From IMG/VR virus record IMGVR_UViG_3300031240_000004: a stretch of 64,000 nt of DNA; one strand, given 5' to 3'. Made by a program: the position numbers and the translations under genes. This document shows positions 30,324-40,830 of the stretch, piece by piece; the first letter of the stretch is position 1, and every line of letters begins with the position of its first letter. A model generated the notes under the pieces. The model was not told the origin of the DNA and searched no databases. It saw nothing but the letters and a program-made list of their open reading frames with translations. Source of the stretch: an uncultured virus (IMG/VR IMGVR_UViG_3300031240_000004). Its lineage: Duplodnaviria > Heunggongvirae > Uroviricota > Caudoviricetes.

Positions 30324-31255
30324 ATGGCTCTCTCATTCGGATGGCGCGCCAACGACATCCGGGAATCGATCTGGAAGGACGACCAGGCGATCCCGCGATT
30401 GGCTGGCGGCAGCGCGCCCGACGTCCCGGCCGGCGTGCTCGCCTCCTGGCATGAGGACGGCGACGCCTCGCATCTGATGCCGTTCGCCACACTCGGGGCG
30501 CCGACGATCATCACGTTCCGCTCTCTCACGCCCGACGAGAAGCCGGTCATCCTCGCGCTCATGCAGGGCGCCGTGAACAAGGATGAGGGCGTCATGCGGG
30601 CGTTGCTCGCCTGCTTTCGGATCGGCGTCGACTTCAAGGGCGCTCCGGCGGCGGTCCCAGACACAGACGGTGTCGAGCACGCACTGTCTGGCAAAGAACG
30701 CGGGATCAGGATGCTCCCGCTCGGCTTCGTGGGGCACATGCAGGACAGCTATCCCGGCATGATCGAGTTCTATGGCGCCCTCGTCTTTCAGTCGTCATTC
30801 CTCGCGGAGATCGAAAAAAAAGCATCGTCGCCGCCGTCCATGCCGACGCCATCGTCGGGGGCGGACTCCACGGCGGACACTACGGCTCCGTCAGCCGATC
30901 CGGGGGCTGCGTCGGGTGCCCCGTGATGATGCGCGAGCAGTGGGCATGTCCAGACCTCGGCAAGAAGAAGCCTGAGGGACTCTTCAACCCGATCCCGGGC
31001 AGTCCGACAGACTTCGACGACTGCCCGGCCTATTACCTGCGCCAGGCCGCGCTGGAGATGCCGGCCGAGCACTTGATCGACGGGGTCACGCACCCGGCCG
31101 AACTGGTCGGCCAGTGGGCGTTCGAGATCGAGTCGGGCGCGCGCCAGATCGAAAGCCTATCATCGAAGGCGCTCGATGCCGTGCACCTCTGGTTCCGTGA
31201 GAAGCGGTCCCGCGAGATTCTCGAAGACGAACTGCGGAAGAAGAAGAGGCGCTGA
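30324..31255 (+). CDS. Tail assembly chaperone G (30324-30926) and -1 frameshift product GT (to 31255)
   Basis: Run of 8 A at 30814-30821 (GAA AAA AAA); the -1 frame is open from there into ORF 30923-31255; directly precedes tape measure. Confidence 0.8.
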
Positions 31256-33480
31256 TGGCAACCGAAGATCAGATTCTCCTCAAGCTCGTCATAAAGGGAA
31301 GCGATCCGTCTGAGATAGAACAGCTGGCTCGATCTACGCAAGGGGAACTTAACGCGAAGATCAAAGCCTACCTCGATCAGCTTACGCAGTTCCATCAGCA
31401 GGCGAACGCCGCTCAGACGGCGGATGCAGTAGTAGCCGCTCAGCAGCAGATCGACGCGGTAGAAAAGCAGATCGACACGGTCAGCAAAGTCCAGCGCGCG
31501 AATGAGATTGCCGCGAACCGCTCAGAGAATGCGTGGAAGAGCACGCTCAGAGTAATGGAAAGCATTGCGGTCACCTGGGAGTTCACGCAATCACTGATCG
31601 AGGGTGGGATTGCTAAGTTTGGTGAATTGGGAGAGTCGATCGCCAGAGTGACGGAGGTGCACGAATCCCTCAAGGGCTCTATCGACAGCATGCGGGAAGC
31701 GTCGGCCGGCGAGATCAGCGATATGGATCTCATCCTGACCAAGAACCGCGCGATGGAGAAGGATCTAGAGCTATCGGATGCGCAATTCGCCGCCGTGACC
31801 GCCGGTGCTCACAACTACGCCAAGGCTCTCGGCGTTGACACGAAAGAGGCGCTCGACAAATTCATTGACGGCCTTGCGCAGGGGAACCTTAAGGCGCTGA
31901 AGCACGTGGGCATAATGGTCGACGCCGATACCGCATACAAGGAATATGCAAAGAGCATCGGTGTCGCGGCTGACCAACTCAGCGATCACGGCAAGAAAAT
32001 AGCGATCGTTCAAGAGGCGCTCAGACTGAACGACAAGAAGCTTGCCGAGAGCAGCGACGCAGTAATCAACTTCGGCCATACCTGGAAGCAAACGGCCGCA
32101 ATGCTCACGAATCTTTGGACCGAAATCCTGGAGTCGCTGGGCAAGATGATAATGATGGCGATCGAGGGTTTCACCATCGATCTTCCAGATGCCATCCGCC
32201 TAGCCATCGCAAAGATCAAAGATCTGATGCCTGGAAGCCACGGCGAGGCAGTCGCGGCCGTTGTCGCCCAGCACGATAAGAATCTTGCAGCCTTCTACAA
32301 GGACAATGCCGGCGAGAAAGAAGGAGAAGAGGCCCGCACGCGCCTGGCTGATGGCACCTCAGGCGACTATACGAAGGGCAGCCGAGCCGACTCCATCAAT
32401 CAGAAAAAGGTCGAGGAGGACGCCAAGAAAGCGCAAGAAGAACTCGACAAGATCCAGAAGGTGATCGACTCGTTCGACAAGATGCTCCTCAAGGGCTCTG
32501 GGCTCGAGAAAGCCGGTGCCGACGCTGCCGACATTCTCCAGAGACGCCAGCAGACGCCAGATGAGAAGGCGCTCGGCTTCGGGTACGACGCCACGGCATC
32601 GCAGTTCGCTCAGTCGGGCCTGAACAACTCGACGGCACGCACGAAGGCTCTGCAGCAGGCCCAGAACGCGATGCAGGAGCGCATCGCGCGCTCCATGGAA
32701 GCGCCCAATGAGACCAACGATCTCTCCCGCGGCACCGACTCCAAGGGCGCCATGGACCGCATGGAGAAAACGCTCAAGGCGGCGCAGGAGCGTGTCGACG
32801 ACCTCCGCAAGCGCGCCGGTGACGGCATCCTGTCGACGGCGCTGTTTGGCTCGGGCGGCCCCGGCGGGATCAAGGAGCAACTGCATACGTTCGCCCAGGA
32901 CGCCGCCGATGCGCTCGGCATGGTCTCGGCCGCCGGGACCAAGATGGGCGAGGCGCTCGGCAGCGCGCTGGCAGCGTTCGTGTCGGGCGACAAGTCAAAG
33001 CGCGCGAGCTTGCGCCAGACGACCCACGACATCCTCGAAGCGCTCGCAACGCAAGCCTATTCTCGAGCCATCTTCGAGACCGCCGAGGGGCTTGCGTCGC
33101 TGGCGCTCGGGCCTATCGGGGGCGCGTCGGCCGGCCTGCACTTCGCTGCCGCCGGCATGTTCACGGCGGTCGGCACCGGCGCAGCTCTCACGGCCCGCGC
33201 GATCGGCACATCGGGCACTGGAGCAGCTGCAACGGGTGCGAGCACGGGAACCGCGTCGACCGGAACGTCGAGCGGCATCGCCACGACGACCAGCGGATCG
33301 GGCGGCTTCGGCTCCAACGGCGTCCGCTCGACACCAGTCGACAACAACCAGCCCATCAATCTGTACGTGAGTACGATGTTCGGCAGCGAGGCCGAGACGG
33401 GCCGCAACGTCAACAAGGTGCTCGCCGCCTATTACGCGCAAACCGGACAGGGCGTGCCGGCCGCGCAGGTGGCGGCGTAA
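31255..33480 (+). CDS. Tape measure protein
   Basis: 741 aa, Ala-rich helical, follows the frameshifted chaperone. Confidence 0.8.
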   Translation: MATEDQILLKLVIKGSDPSEIEQLARSTQGELNAKIKAYLDQLTQFHQQANAAQTADAVVAAQQQIDAVEKQIDTVSKVQRANEIAANRSENAWKSTLRVMESIAVTWEFTQSLIEGGIAKFGELGESIARVTEVHESLKGSIDSMREASAGEISDMDLILTKNRAMEKDLELSDAQFAAVTAGAHNYAKALGVDTKEALDKFIDGLAQGNLKALKHVGIMVDADTAYKEYAKSIGVAADQLSDHGKKIAIVQEALRLNDKKLAESSDAVINFGHTWKQTAAMLTNLWTEILESLGKMIMMAIEGFTIDLPDAIRLAIAKIKDLMPGSHGEAVAAVVAQHDKNLAAFYKDNAGEKEGEEARTRLADGTSGDYTKGSRADSINQKKVEEDAKKAQEELDKIQKVIDSFDKMLLKGSGLEKAGADAADILQRRQQTPDEKALGFGYDATASQFAQSGLNNSTARTKALQQAQNAMQERIARSMEAPNETNDLSRGTDSKGAMDRMEKTLKAAQERVDDLRKRAGDGILSTALFGSGGPGGIKEQLHTFAQDAADALGMVSAAGTKMGEALGSALAAFVSGDKSKRASLRQTTHDILEALATQAYSRAIFETAEGLASLALGPIGGASAGLHFAAAGMFTAVGTGAALTARAIGTSGTGAAATGASTGTASTGTSSGIATTTSGSGGFGSNGVRSTPVDNNQPINLYVSTMFGSEAETGRNVNKVLAAYYAQTGQGVPAAQVAA

Positions 33481-34331
33481 TGGCCACTCCGATCCCAGGC
33501 TTCGCCTCCCAGTACTACGCCGGCTCGACCGACACGCTGCAGGTCACCACGGGCACGCTGCAGACGCTCGCCAGCACGCGCTGGTACTACTTCGTCAGCA
33601 ATCGAGCCGCGACGTCGAACGGACAGAGCCTGCTCAAGGCCGTGAAGGATCTGCTCGACGCCAGTCTCGCGGGCACCGCATGGACGGTCACGCTCGGCCT
33701 GTCTGGCGGACTCTACAAGGTCCAGATCAGCCACAACAATGGCTCGAGCCGAACCATCACGTGGGGCGCGGCGTTGCAGGCGACGCTGGGCTTCTCGGCG
33801 AGCTCCAAGGTGGTCGCCACCGCCACGACGGTCACCGCCGACTTCCCATCGCCGCTCTGGTGGACGCCCGACCAGGTCGTCAGCCTCACGGGCCCGGTGC
33901 TGTTCGATCCGTCGATCAACTTCGGCGTGCCATCCAGCGCCGGCGCCGCGCAGCGCTCGAGCGACATGACCGCGGCCTATGTGTCGAACGGCGTCCAGTA
34001 CGACGCCGAGTACACGTTCAACGGGGTGCAGTACTACTACAAGATCCGCCCGCAGACCGGCCACACGAACGAAGACCTTGAGACCTGGTGGAACCACGGC
34101 CCGCAGCTCGGACGCCGTCTGCTCATGTGGCGCGACCGCGGCAACGCCATCGGCTCGAACGCGCCCAGCGAGGGCAGCGCGAGCCCATGGAACTATGTCG
34201 AGTACAACCCGCAGGCCGACCTCCGCGCGAACTTCCCAGCGACACCGACCGCGCCCCCGAAGCTGACGTTCTGGGACGTGACGCTGAAGTTCTGGGTGAC
34301 CGAAAACATCGACACGCCGCTGACGGACTGA
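33480..34331 (+). CDS. Distal/minor tail protein
   Basis: Coupled to tape measure gene; position. Confidence 0.55.
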   Translation: MATPIPGFASQYYAGSTDTLQVTTGTLQTLASTRWYYFVSNRAATSNGQSLLKAVKDLLDASLAGTAWTVTLGLSGGLYKVQISHNNGSSRTITWGAALQATLGFSASSKVVATATTVTADFPSPLWWTPDQVVSLTGPVLFDPSINFGVPSSAGAAQRSSDMTAAYVSNGVQYDAEYTFNGVQYYYKIRPQTGHTNEDLETWWNHGPQLGRRLLMWRDRGNAIGSNAPSEGSASPWNYVEYNPQADLRANFPATPTAPPKLTFWDVTLKFWVTENIDTPLTD

Positions 34332-34334
34332 CCC

Positions 34335-37220
34335 ATGCCCACCGTCCAAACAAAAGTCACCGACTACCAGGACCTGGTCCCGTTCTTCTACCTGCGGATC
34401 ACGGGGCTGCCGTTCTATGTGTTCGCGACGGTCAACCCGAGCGACTCGCGCTACGGCTCGTTCGCATGGAGCGCGCCCACCGGCTACCCGTCGACGTGGG
34501 CGCAGCGCGGGCTCGATCTGCCGGACGACACGATCGAGCAGAAGTTGCCCGACATCATCGGCGGCGTGGCGTCGCCCGGGCGATGCCGGCTCTCGGTGAC
34601 GGACTTCGCCGATCCGACTCATCCCGGATTCGGGTACTTCTCGCGGCTGTTCGCGGCGGGGCGGACGCTGTCTGATTCGAGCATCCCGAACGGGTATCTG
34701 TCCGAGAGAGTGGTAGCTGTGCCAGCCGGTGCATCCACGGTATTCGTAGATGGCGCGAACGCGAGCTTTCCAAGCACCTCTGACATCTACATTGGCGCCG
34801 AAACGATCGGTATCAGCACCGCCAACAACATCAGCGGCGGATCATGGGCCCTCACGATCGCAGACCGCAACAAATACGTGTGCTTCGGCAACTCCGCAGA
34901 CGGCGGCACGTACTGGCCGCCAACTCCCTACCACCGCACGGGCGTCAACAACGATGGAACGGCAGTCCTCGGCGCGGCTCCGATCGTCGCCGGCGACGTG
35001 ATGGATGTTCTCGGGCGCACGGCCGCGCTTTGGATGGGCCACATGCGGCCCGACGGCAACCCCGAGCCGGAGAGCTCGTCGGCGTGTCTGCTTCTCGGGC
35101 GCGTGAGCGGTATCGAGATCGGCAAGGTCGGCGGGATGTTCGATATCACGATCGATTCGATCACGGCCGACCTCACGAAGGCGATCATCGCGCCCGATCT
35201 GCCGCACGCGACTATTGAGCCAGGGATATACGTCAGCGACGTGCCGTGGTGCTCGTTCTATCTCGGGATCGACATCGAGGGCACGAAGCTGGTATCGATC
35301 ACCCCCGGCAACTACCAGCTCCAAGATCTCGCGAACGCGGTGACGGCCGCGATCGCCGCGCTCTTTACGCGGTACTACGTCACCTTGCAATTGGTGTCGA
35401 CTGAAAACGGGACAGCGTTTCAGTTCGTGTCATCGCAGAACGGCAGTGGATTCTCGATCTCCAGTGTGCCCACGTCGGTTAGCAGCGGAGCCAACGCGGC
35501 CCCAGCCATGACGTCGCTCCTGTACGCGCTGGGATTCGACCCAACGACTGTGGCCATCTCGGCTCCAACTAGCGGGACATCCCTCATCAGCATCACCGCT
35601 CCACGCGGCGCCGCGACCGTGTTTATCCCTACGGGCAACCAGGGTACCGGGGCGCAAATAACGCTCCTCGAGCCCGATATCGCTGCCTACTTCTTCTCCA
35701 ACCAGCAGGATGGGAGCGGAAGCGCGTGGGGCAAGCTCGGCGATGGGCAGATCGTCCAGGTAGCCGGTGGAGGCGCTGGAAACACCGTCTTCACCGGCAA
35801 GATCGCAGCGGGGACATCGGCTCTCACCGGCGCAGACGCCACCAGCCCGAACTTCGGAAAGTTCTATTATGTCGATCCCGGTCAGATCGCGACCATCGAT
35901 CAGATCGTGATGTTCAACAGCCAGACGTTCCCGCTCGCGCCGTCGTTCACGCACTTCTTGGGTGGCTTACTGGCGTCGACGACGGGGCTCGCCACTGACA
36001 ACGATCTCAACCTCTACCCCGAGGGCGTCGGGCTCGGCTGGGTCGATCTGATGACGGCATCGGATTGGGCAATCGCCGATGAGTCCGGCGTGCCGCGCGT
36101 CGCGTACATCGACGCGAGCACCACGTTCGCGTCGATCTTCACGCCTTACGCACGAGAGCACGGTCTGTTCATCATGTGGGACCCATCGGGCGGAAGGATC
36201 CGCCTTCGACGCTTCCAGATCCCAACGCAAGCTGGTGCGTCGGCGAGCGGGACGACGAATGTCGTGTTCACCGAGAGCAACCGCGCGAAGGAAAGCGACC
36301 GCACCTCGCAGCGAAGCGATCGCTCGAGCCTACGAACGAGCTGGAAGATTCAGCCAGCGTTCTCGCCGGGCGCGATTCTTGGCGGTTGGCGCGGCACATC
36401 GGCAAACATCGGCGGCGTCGGCGTGAATAAGCCTCAGCCCGTCGTCATCGTCGACGTCCGTGCGCGTTCGATGTATCCGAATGATGCGCGCCAGGAAGAG
36501 ATCGATGACCCCACGCTGATGGCGTCAGCGACTCTCGGCGACACGATCAGCCAGCTGATCCGCCTCTACGGCTCACCGTGGACGCTATGTCAGCGCTCGA
36601 TGAACAAGCGCGGAATGCTGCTCGCCCCCGGCACGATCCACCAGATCGTCGACAACACGATGGTCAACCCATTCACCGGCGCCACCGGCATCACGAGCAA
36701 CGCCGCGGTCTATTGCTTCCTGAGCCGCGTCGCGATGAACCCGTCGACCGGCGATGTGACGATCGAGTTCATGATCAACAGCAGCAGCGACCAAAGCCTT
36801 TATCGGCAGTGGTCTCCGTCGGCGTTGGTCGACTTCAATCTCAACACCGGCGGCTACACGCACGGCTACAACTCGGGCACGAAGCAGCTCTCGACGGTGC
36901 AGCACTACGGCGCCAGCGCGAGCGGAGACGGTGCAGACTTCGCCATCGGCGATACGATCCGCATCATCCAACGCGACAATAGCCAGGCGCCGATCACCGA
37001 GAAGACTGACACCGTCGCCGGCGTCAGCGGCGGCGTCCTCACGCTGACTACCGGTGTATCCGCGCTCGCGACTGACAGCGAGAGCGTGGTGATCTTGCAG
37101 AAGTACAACAGTGCGACGGCAACCAGGCAGAACGGCGCAACGCGCGTATCCTGGCAGGGAGACGGCAGCACGCGTACGATTCAGGGCAACGCGACCGTGC
37201 GTTTGAATAGGTACGCCTGA
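34335..37220 (+). CDS. Large tail tip/hub protein
   Basis: 961 aa beta-rich ORF in tail tip position. Confidence 0.6.
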   Translation: MPTVQTKVTDYQDLVPFFYLRITGLPFYVFATVNPSDSRYGSFAWSAPTGYPSTWAQRGLDLPDDTIEQKLPDIIGGVASPGRCRLSVTDFADPTHPGFGYFSRLFAAGRTLSDSSIPNGYLSERVVAVPAGASTVFVDGANASFPSTSDIYIGAETIGISTANNISGGSWALTIADRNKYVCFGNSADGGTYWPPTPYHRTGVNNDGTAVLGAAPIVAGDVMDVLGRTAALWMGHMRPDGNPEPESSSACLLLGRVSGIEIGKVGGMFDITIDSITADLTKAIIAPDLPHATIEPGIYVSDVPWCSFYLGIDIEGTKLVSITPGNYQLQDLANAVTAAIAALFTRYYVTLQLVSTENGTAFQFVSSQNGSGFSISSVPTSVSSGANAAPAMTSLLYALGFDPTTVAISAPTSGTSLISITAPRGAATVFIPTGNQGTGAQITLLEPDIAAYFFSNQQDGSGSAWGKLGDGQIVQVAGGGAGNTVFTGKIAAGTSALTGADATSPNFGKFYYVDPGQIATIDQIVMFNSQTFPLAPSFTHFLGGLLASTTGLATDNDLNLYPEGVGLGWVDLMTASDWAIADESGVPRVAYIDASTTFASIFTPYAREHGLFIMWDPSGGRIRLRRFQIPTQAGASASGTTNVVFTESNRAKESDRTSQRSDRSSLRTSWKIQPAFSPGAILGGWRGTSANIGGVGVNKPQPVVIVDVRARSMYPNDARQEEIDDPTLMASATLGDTISQLIRLYGSPWTLCQRSMNKRGMLLAPGTIHQIVDNTMVNPFTGATGITSNAAVYCFLSRVAMNPSTGDVTIEFMINSSSDQSLYRQWSPSALVDFNLNTGGYTHGYNSGTKQLSTVQHYGASASGDGADFAIGDTIRIIQRDNSQAPITEKTDTVAGVSGGVLTLTTGVSALATDSESVVILQKYNSATATRQNGATRVSWQGDGSTRTIQGNATVRLNRYA

Positions 37221-37852
37221 TGTCTAAGACGTTCACAGAGCAGACGAGCGTCATCTCGGCGAACGTCGATGCCGACGGCGATGGGATGCACACCCTACTT
37301 CCGTACGACCTCGTGCGCTCACTGAACAATCTCGGCAGCTATGTCAACCCGCACGTGCATTACGCGCAGAGCGGCAGCTTCGATCCGGTGTCCAACGCCA
37401 CGGGCAAGGTCAGCGTATCTTACACGGGCGCGTCAAGCGCGAGGTTCATGCTGCAGATTCCGCTGCTCGTCCCGCTGTGGGCCGCGCGCATGGTCTGGGT
37501 GGTGGGTGCACGCGGCATGGGCGCGACGACACTCAATTCGATCACGGTTCACCTGTCGAAGACGCCTTACACTGGGCCCGACGGAAACGCCTCCGCGTTC
37601 AACGCTGCCGGGGTCACGGCCTCGACGAATTCTCCTCGCTCCGTATCCATGAGTTCGCTCACGGGAGGCGCTTACGAACTTGCCGATGACAGTACGACGG
37701 GATTCGCGATCGACTCCACCGCGTACCAGCTGATCGACACGAACGGCGACTCAAAAACCAAGGGTCTCGCCTACGCGATCGTGCTTGCCACCGGCGGCGT
37801 GAACGCATCGGTCGAGGTCGATGACTGCGTGTTCTGGTTTCTGCCATCATGA
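37220..37852 (+). CDS. Minor tail protein (putative)
   Basis: Coupled ORF in tail module. Confidence 0.45.
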   Translation: MSKTFTEQTSVISANVDADGDGMHTLLPYDLVRSLNNLGSYVNPHVHYAQSGSFDPVSNATGKVSVSYTGASSARFMLQIPLLVPLWAARMVWVVGARGMGATTLNSITVHLSKTPYTGPDGNASAFNAAGVTASTNSPRSVSMSSLTGGAYELADDSTTGFAIDSTAYQLIDTNGDSKTKGLAYAIVLATGGVNASVEVDDCVFWFLPS

Positions 37853-39036
37853 GCACCAAGACTGTTGTCAATGGAGGCCATCCGCCGATCTTCCTCGACG
37901 ACAACGAGAGGGCGGCGGCTGTGAATGGGCAGCCAGCGACGGCCGCCCTTATCACGAAAGAGATCGCGCTCCTCAATCAGATCGCGCACTCAGGACGCCC
38001 GATCTTCAGTTGGTATGGCGCCAACGCGCAGGTGCAGCCCCCGCTCGTCGATCACACGAGCACATATCGCACGGTCTACCTCGCCGCCAATCTCGGCGCC
38101 GCGGCAGAGGGCGGCCTGATGATGGGGATGCAGCACGACGAGGCCAGTCCGCCGGGGTTCCAGACCGGCCAAGGCTTCCGCGTGCGCGTCGGCGGCACCG
38201 ACTACAACACGTTTTGGAGCTACTCGACATCGCCAGCGACGACGTGGCCCGGCGACATGCGGACGTTTCGACTCTCCTCCAATTTCGGCACGAGCACGAT
38301 CCCGACGGAGCTCACGATTGGCAGCGTGACCAGCGACTTCCCTCAGCCGAAAGCGGGAACGTACTGGCAAAACCCCGAGAATCTGATCGACCCGGCATCG
38401 CAGGGCTACGTCGGATTGCAGGATGTGCACGCGGCAGGAGATATCGTCGGCGTGAATACTGGCAGCGCACAGCAGAGCCTCTCGACGCTCGTCAGCGTGT
38501 TTCGCGATACCTGGTTTCACCAGCGCACGCAAATCGGCTGGTCGCTTGAGTGTCCTGGACAGTTTTCGTCGCTCAAACGCGCGGCGAATTTCTCGACCTC
38601 ACCGCAGCAGCTCAGGTTCATCTTCGATCAGAGCTACGGCGTTGGCGGAAACACGTTCGTCAACGGCGGCCCGGGGATTACGCTTCCGCTCGCGAACGCC
38701 GCTGCTGGTCTTCGGACCGCCATCCGCGTCTACGTGTTCGTGTGGGCCGCGATGTCGGGAGGAACGGACACGGGCAGTCTCGGCGTCTCGAACAAGACGG
38801 CGCACAACACCGTCGCTGGTACGCCGGTCGCATTGACGAATCCCGTGACGATCACCACCGGCGCGTTCCAATGGTACCCGACTCTCGCGACCTGGACGCC
38901 AGCGACAGGGATGTACTTCAACGGCTTCACGGGTGATGCCTACGATCGAATTGCTCTCTGCGCGAAGAGCTCGGGGGCGACCGATACCGTTGTGATCGGA
39001 GCCTTCGCCCTAATCGTTATGCCTGCCACGAGCTAG
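37849..39036 (+). CDS. Minor tail/receptor-binding protein (putative)
   Basis: Last ORF of tail module, Gly/Thr-rich. Confidence 0.45.
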   Translation: MSTKTVVNGGHPPIFLDDNERAAAVNGQPATAALITKEIALLNQIAHSGRPIFSWYGANAQVQPPLVDHTSTYRTVYLAANLGAAAEGGLMMGMQHDEASPPGFQTGQGFRVRVGGTDYNTFWSYSTSPATTWPGDMRTFRLSSNFGTSTIPTELTIGSVTSDFPQPKAGTYWQNPENLIDPASQGYVGLQDVHAAGDIVGVNTGSAQQSLSTLVSVFRDTWFHQRTQIGWSLECPGQFSSLKRAANFSTSPQQLRFIFDQSYGVGGNTFVNGGPGITLPLANAAAGLRTAIRVYVFVWAAMSGGTDTGSLGVSNKTAHNTVAGTPVALTNPVTITTGAFQWYPTLATWTPATGMYFNGFTGDAYDRIALCAKSSGATDTVVIGAFALIVMPATS

Positions 39037-39620
39037 GGCGCGCGCCAAGCCGGGTCGAAATCGGCCGCCTGGTGAAACGGGCCGCCCCATGTGCTGATGG
39101 TCCCAACGTGCTGCACGAGCGATGGCGTGTGCAGGTAGACGGGGCCGAGGCGCGCCGCTAGCCGCGGCATGCGGGTGTCGATCGCGCCGTCCTCATCGTT
39201 CCAGTGGGTCAGGACGTGCGCTGCCATCGGCGGCGATATGACGATCCCCTGCGCGCCCCAGAGGCCGAATGGGTCGACCGCGACCCACGCCGGCCCTGCG
39301 GCGAGACGGGTCGGAGACGACGCGCCGTAGAGGTAGCCCAGGAGCGCGGGCGCGCCGATCGGCTCCCAGCGCTCGAGGTTGTGGCGGAGGTGCACGCTGA
39401 CCATCACGTCGTCCTCGAGGATCAGCGAGACGGTGCGGTCGAGCGCCGCCGCCGCCAGCGCGGCGCGCCACGTGGCGTCTATTCGATCGACCCGCAGGCC
39501 GGCGCGGCCGTCGTCGAGGTGAATGATCGGCTCGCCCTCCCAGTCCGAGCTGGCGAGCTGCTCAATGGTCGCGGCGCAGCTGGCGGCACGCGCGGGGCAG
39601 GTGACGATCCGTGCGATCAC
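39033..39620 (-). CDS. GT25-like glycosyltransferase
   Basis: TCPAR, LILEDDV, WGAQGIVI, PSLVQHVG motifs. Confidence 0.65.
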   Translation of the reverse strand: MIARIVTCPARAASCAATIEQLASSDWEGEPIIHLDDGRAGLRVDRIDATWRAALAAAALDRTVSLILEDDVMVSVHLRHNLERWEPIGAPALLGYLYGASSPTRLAAGPAWVAVDPFGLWGAQGIVISPPMAAHVLTHWNDEDGAIDTRMPRLAARLGPVYLHTPSLVQHVGTISTWGGPFHQAADFDPAWRAP

Positions 39621-40057
39621 TTCTCGTGACAGAGCGTCGAATCGCAGGGATTTAATGGGCAGAAAATATCATGAGGAAGTCCGTCGACGGGCGCGCCATT
39701 GATGATCGACCAAGGAAGACGGATGGCGCACCCGGTTTCCGGGACCGGCCAGCCTGGACACGAGTAGCACTGGGTCCCGTTGGTGTTGAATGTCGGGCGG
39801 TTTCCGCCGCCGAGGTCGCAGGCGTATAAACCGTTATCTGTCGTTGGCGGCTGGTCACACGTCGGTGCCGGGTCCGGCACATAGTCGGCCCCGCCGACGC
39901 CGCCGCCCGCACCCGCCGCGCCGGCTGTGCCGTCCATCCCCGCCGCTCCGGTCGCCCCTGCCGCGCCGCGCACGTCGGGGCTGTTCGGCATCTCGCCCGC
40001 GTCGCAGGCCGAGACCGCGAGGCACGCCATGAGCGCCAGCGCCGCCAGGGGCTTCAC
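39617..40057 (-). CDS. Cys-rich lipoprotein with Gly/Ala linker
   Basis: GTG coupled to upstream stop; signal KPLAALALMACLAVSAC, GAAG-type linker, Cys-rich domain. Confidence 0.65.
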   Translation of the reverse strand: MKPLAALALMACLAVSACDAGEMPNSPDVRGAAGATGAAGMDGTAGAAGAGGGVGGADYVPDPAPTCDQPPTTDNGLYACDLGGGNRPTFNTNGTQCYSCPGWPVPETGCAIRLPWSIINGAPVDGLPHDIFCPLNPCDSTLCHEK

Positions 40058-40638
40058 TTCGCGGCTCCAGTGGCGCTGCCGGACGTCTTGGCGGCGGCGC
40101 CGGCCGCCGCGCCCGCGGCTGCCGCTGCTTCCGCTCCAGACGGCCTCGGCGGCACCTCCTCGGTCTCCGTGGACTCGTCGGCGATGAACTTGGCCGGCTG
40201 CACCATGGCCGGGGGGCATCCGTTGGCGACCAGCCATTCTTTGCGCGCGCGGGCCGTCGGCTGGGCGGAATAGGTCTTCTCGCCTCCAGCGACGCACATG
40301 AACTCCGCGATGTCGGTCATTCCGAGGCATCCGATCGCCGGCTCTATCGGGCGGGTGCAGCGCTTGAACGTGTTCTGGTCGGCCTCCGGTAGTCTCGCGA
40401 ACCCGCCGGTGTCCGCAACGCAGCCAGACACAAGCGCAGCGGCCAGCACCACAACCGCTGCCAGCTTGCGCGGGAACGCCCGCAGCTTCGCCACGGCGTT
40501 CGCCCCCATGCCCAGGCGCTTGCCCTCCGCCTCGAGCTCGGCGCGCTGCTCAGCGCTCACCCGGTACGCAACCTGCTGGGTGGTCTTGGAGCGGGTCGTC
40601 ACCGGCCGGCCGCCGCGGTTCGTCTTCGTTGTGCCCAT
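40054..40638 (-). CDS. Protein with N-terminal ribbon-helix-helix-like segment, then a lipobox signal and Cys-rich domain
   Basis: GGRP..QQVAYRVSAEQRAELEAEG then LAAVVVLAAALVSGC. Confidence 0.5.
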   Translation of the reverse strand: MGTTKTNRGGRPVTTRSKTTQQVAYRVSAEQRAELEAEGKRLGMGANAVAKLRAFPRKLAAVVVLAAALVSGCVADTGGFARLPEADQNTFKRCTRPIEPAIGCLGMTDIAEFMCVAGGEKTYSAQPTARARKEWLVANGCPPAMVQPAKFIADESTETEEVPPRPSGAEAAAAAGAAAGAAAKTSGSATGAAK

Positions 40639-40741
40639 GAGAGATAGTGTAAACACCAACCGGCGAAGCTGTCTCGGGGAAAGCGACGTGATGCGCGCCC
40701 GTTCAGTGGTTTTCTAACGCGTCCCGGCTTTGCGGAGCCCG

Positions 40742-40775
40742 TTGACATCCGCGGCCGACAAGGACAGGCGGTCAA
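40742..40775 (+). promoter_or_regulatory. Repeated motif copy 4 (upstream of lysin)
   Basis: TTGACA-N15-GACAGGCGGTCAA; degenerate fifth copy TTGACG-N15-GGCAGG at 40794-40820. Confidence 0.75.
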
Positions 40776-40830
40776 GGGACATGGGCGTTTTGCTTGACGT
40801 TTCGCGCGGACTTGGGCAGGGCGTGGACAG

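Noticed and set aside
28411..30492. Long minus-strand ORFs opposite structural genes (also 17805-19031, 20337-21308, 48886-50322)
   Set aside because: Shadow frames expected from high GC and codon bias; no motifs, and they fully overlap well-supported plus-strand genes
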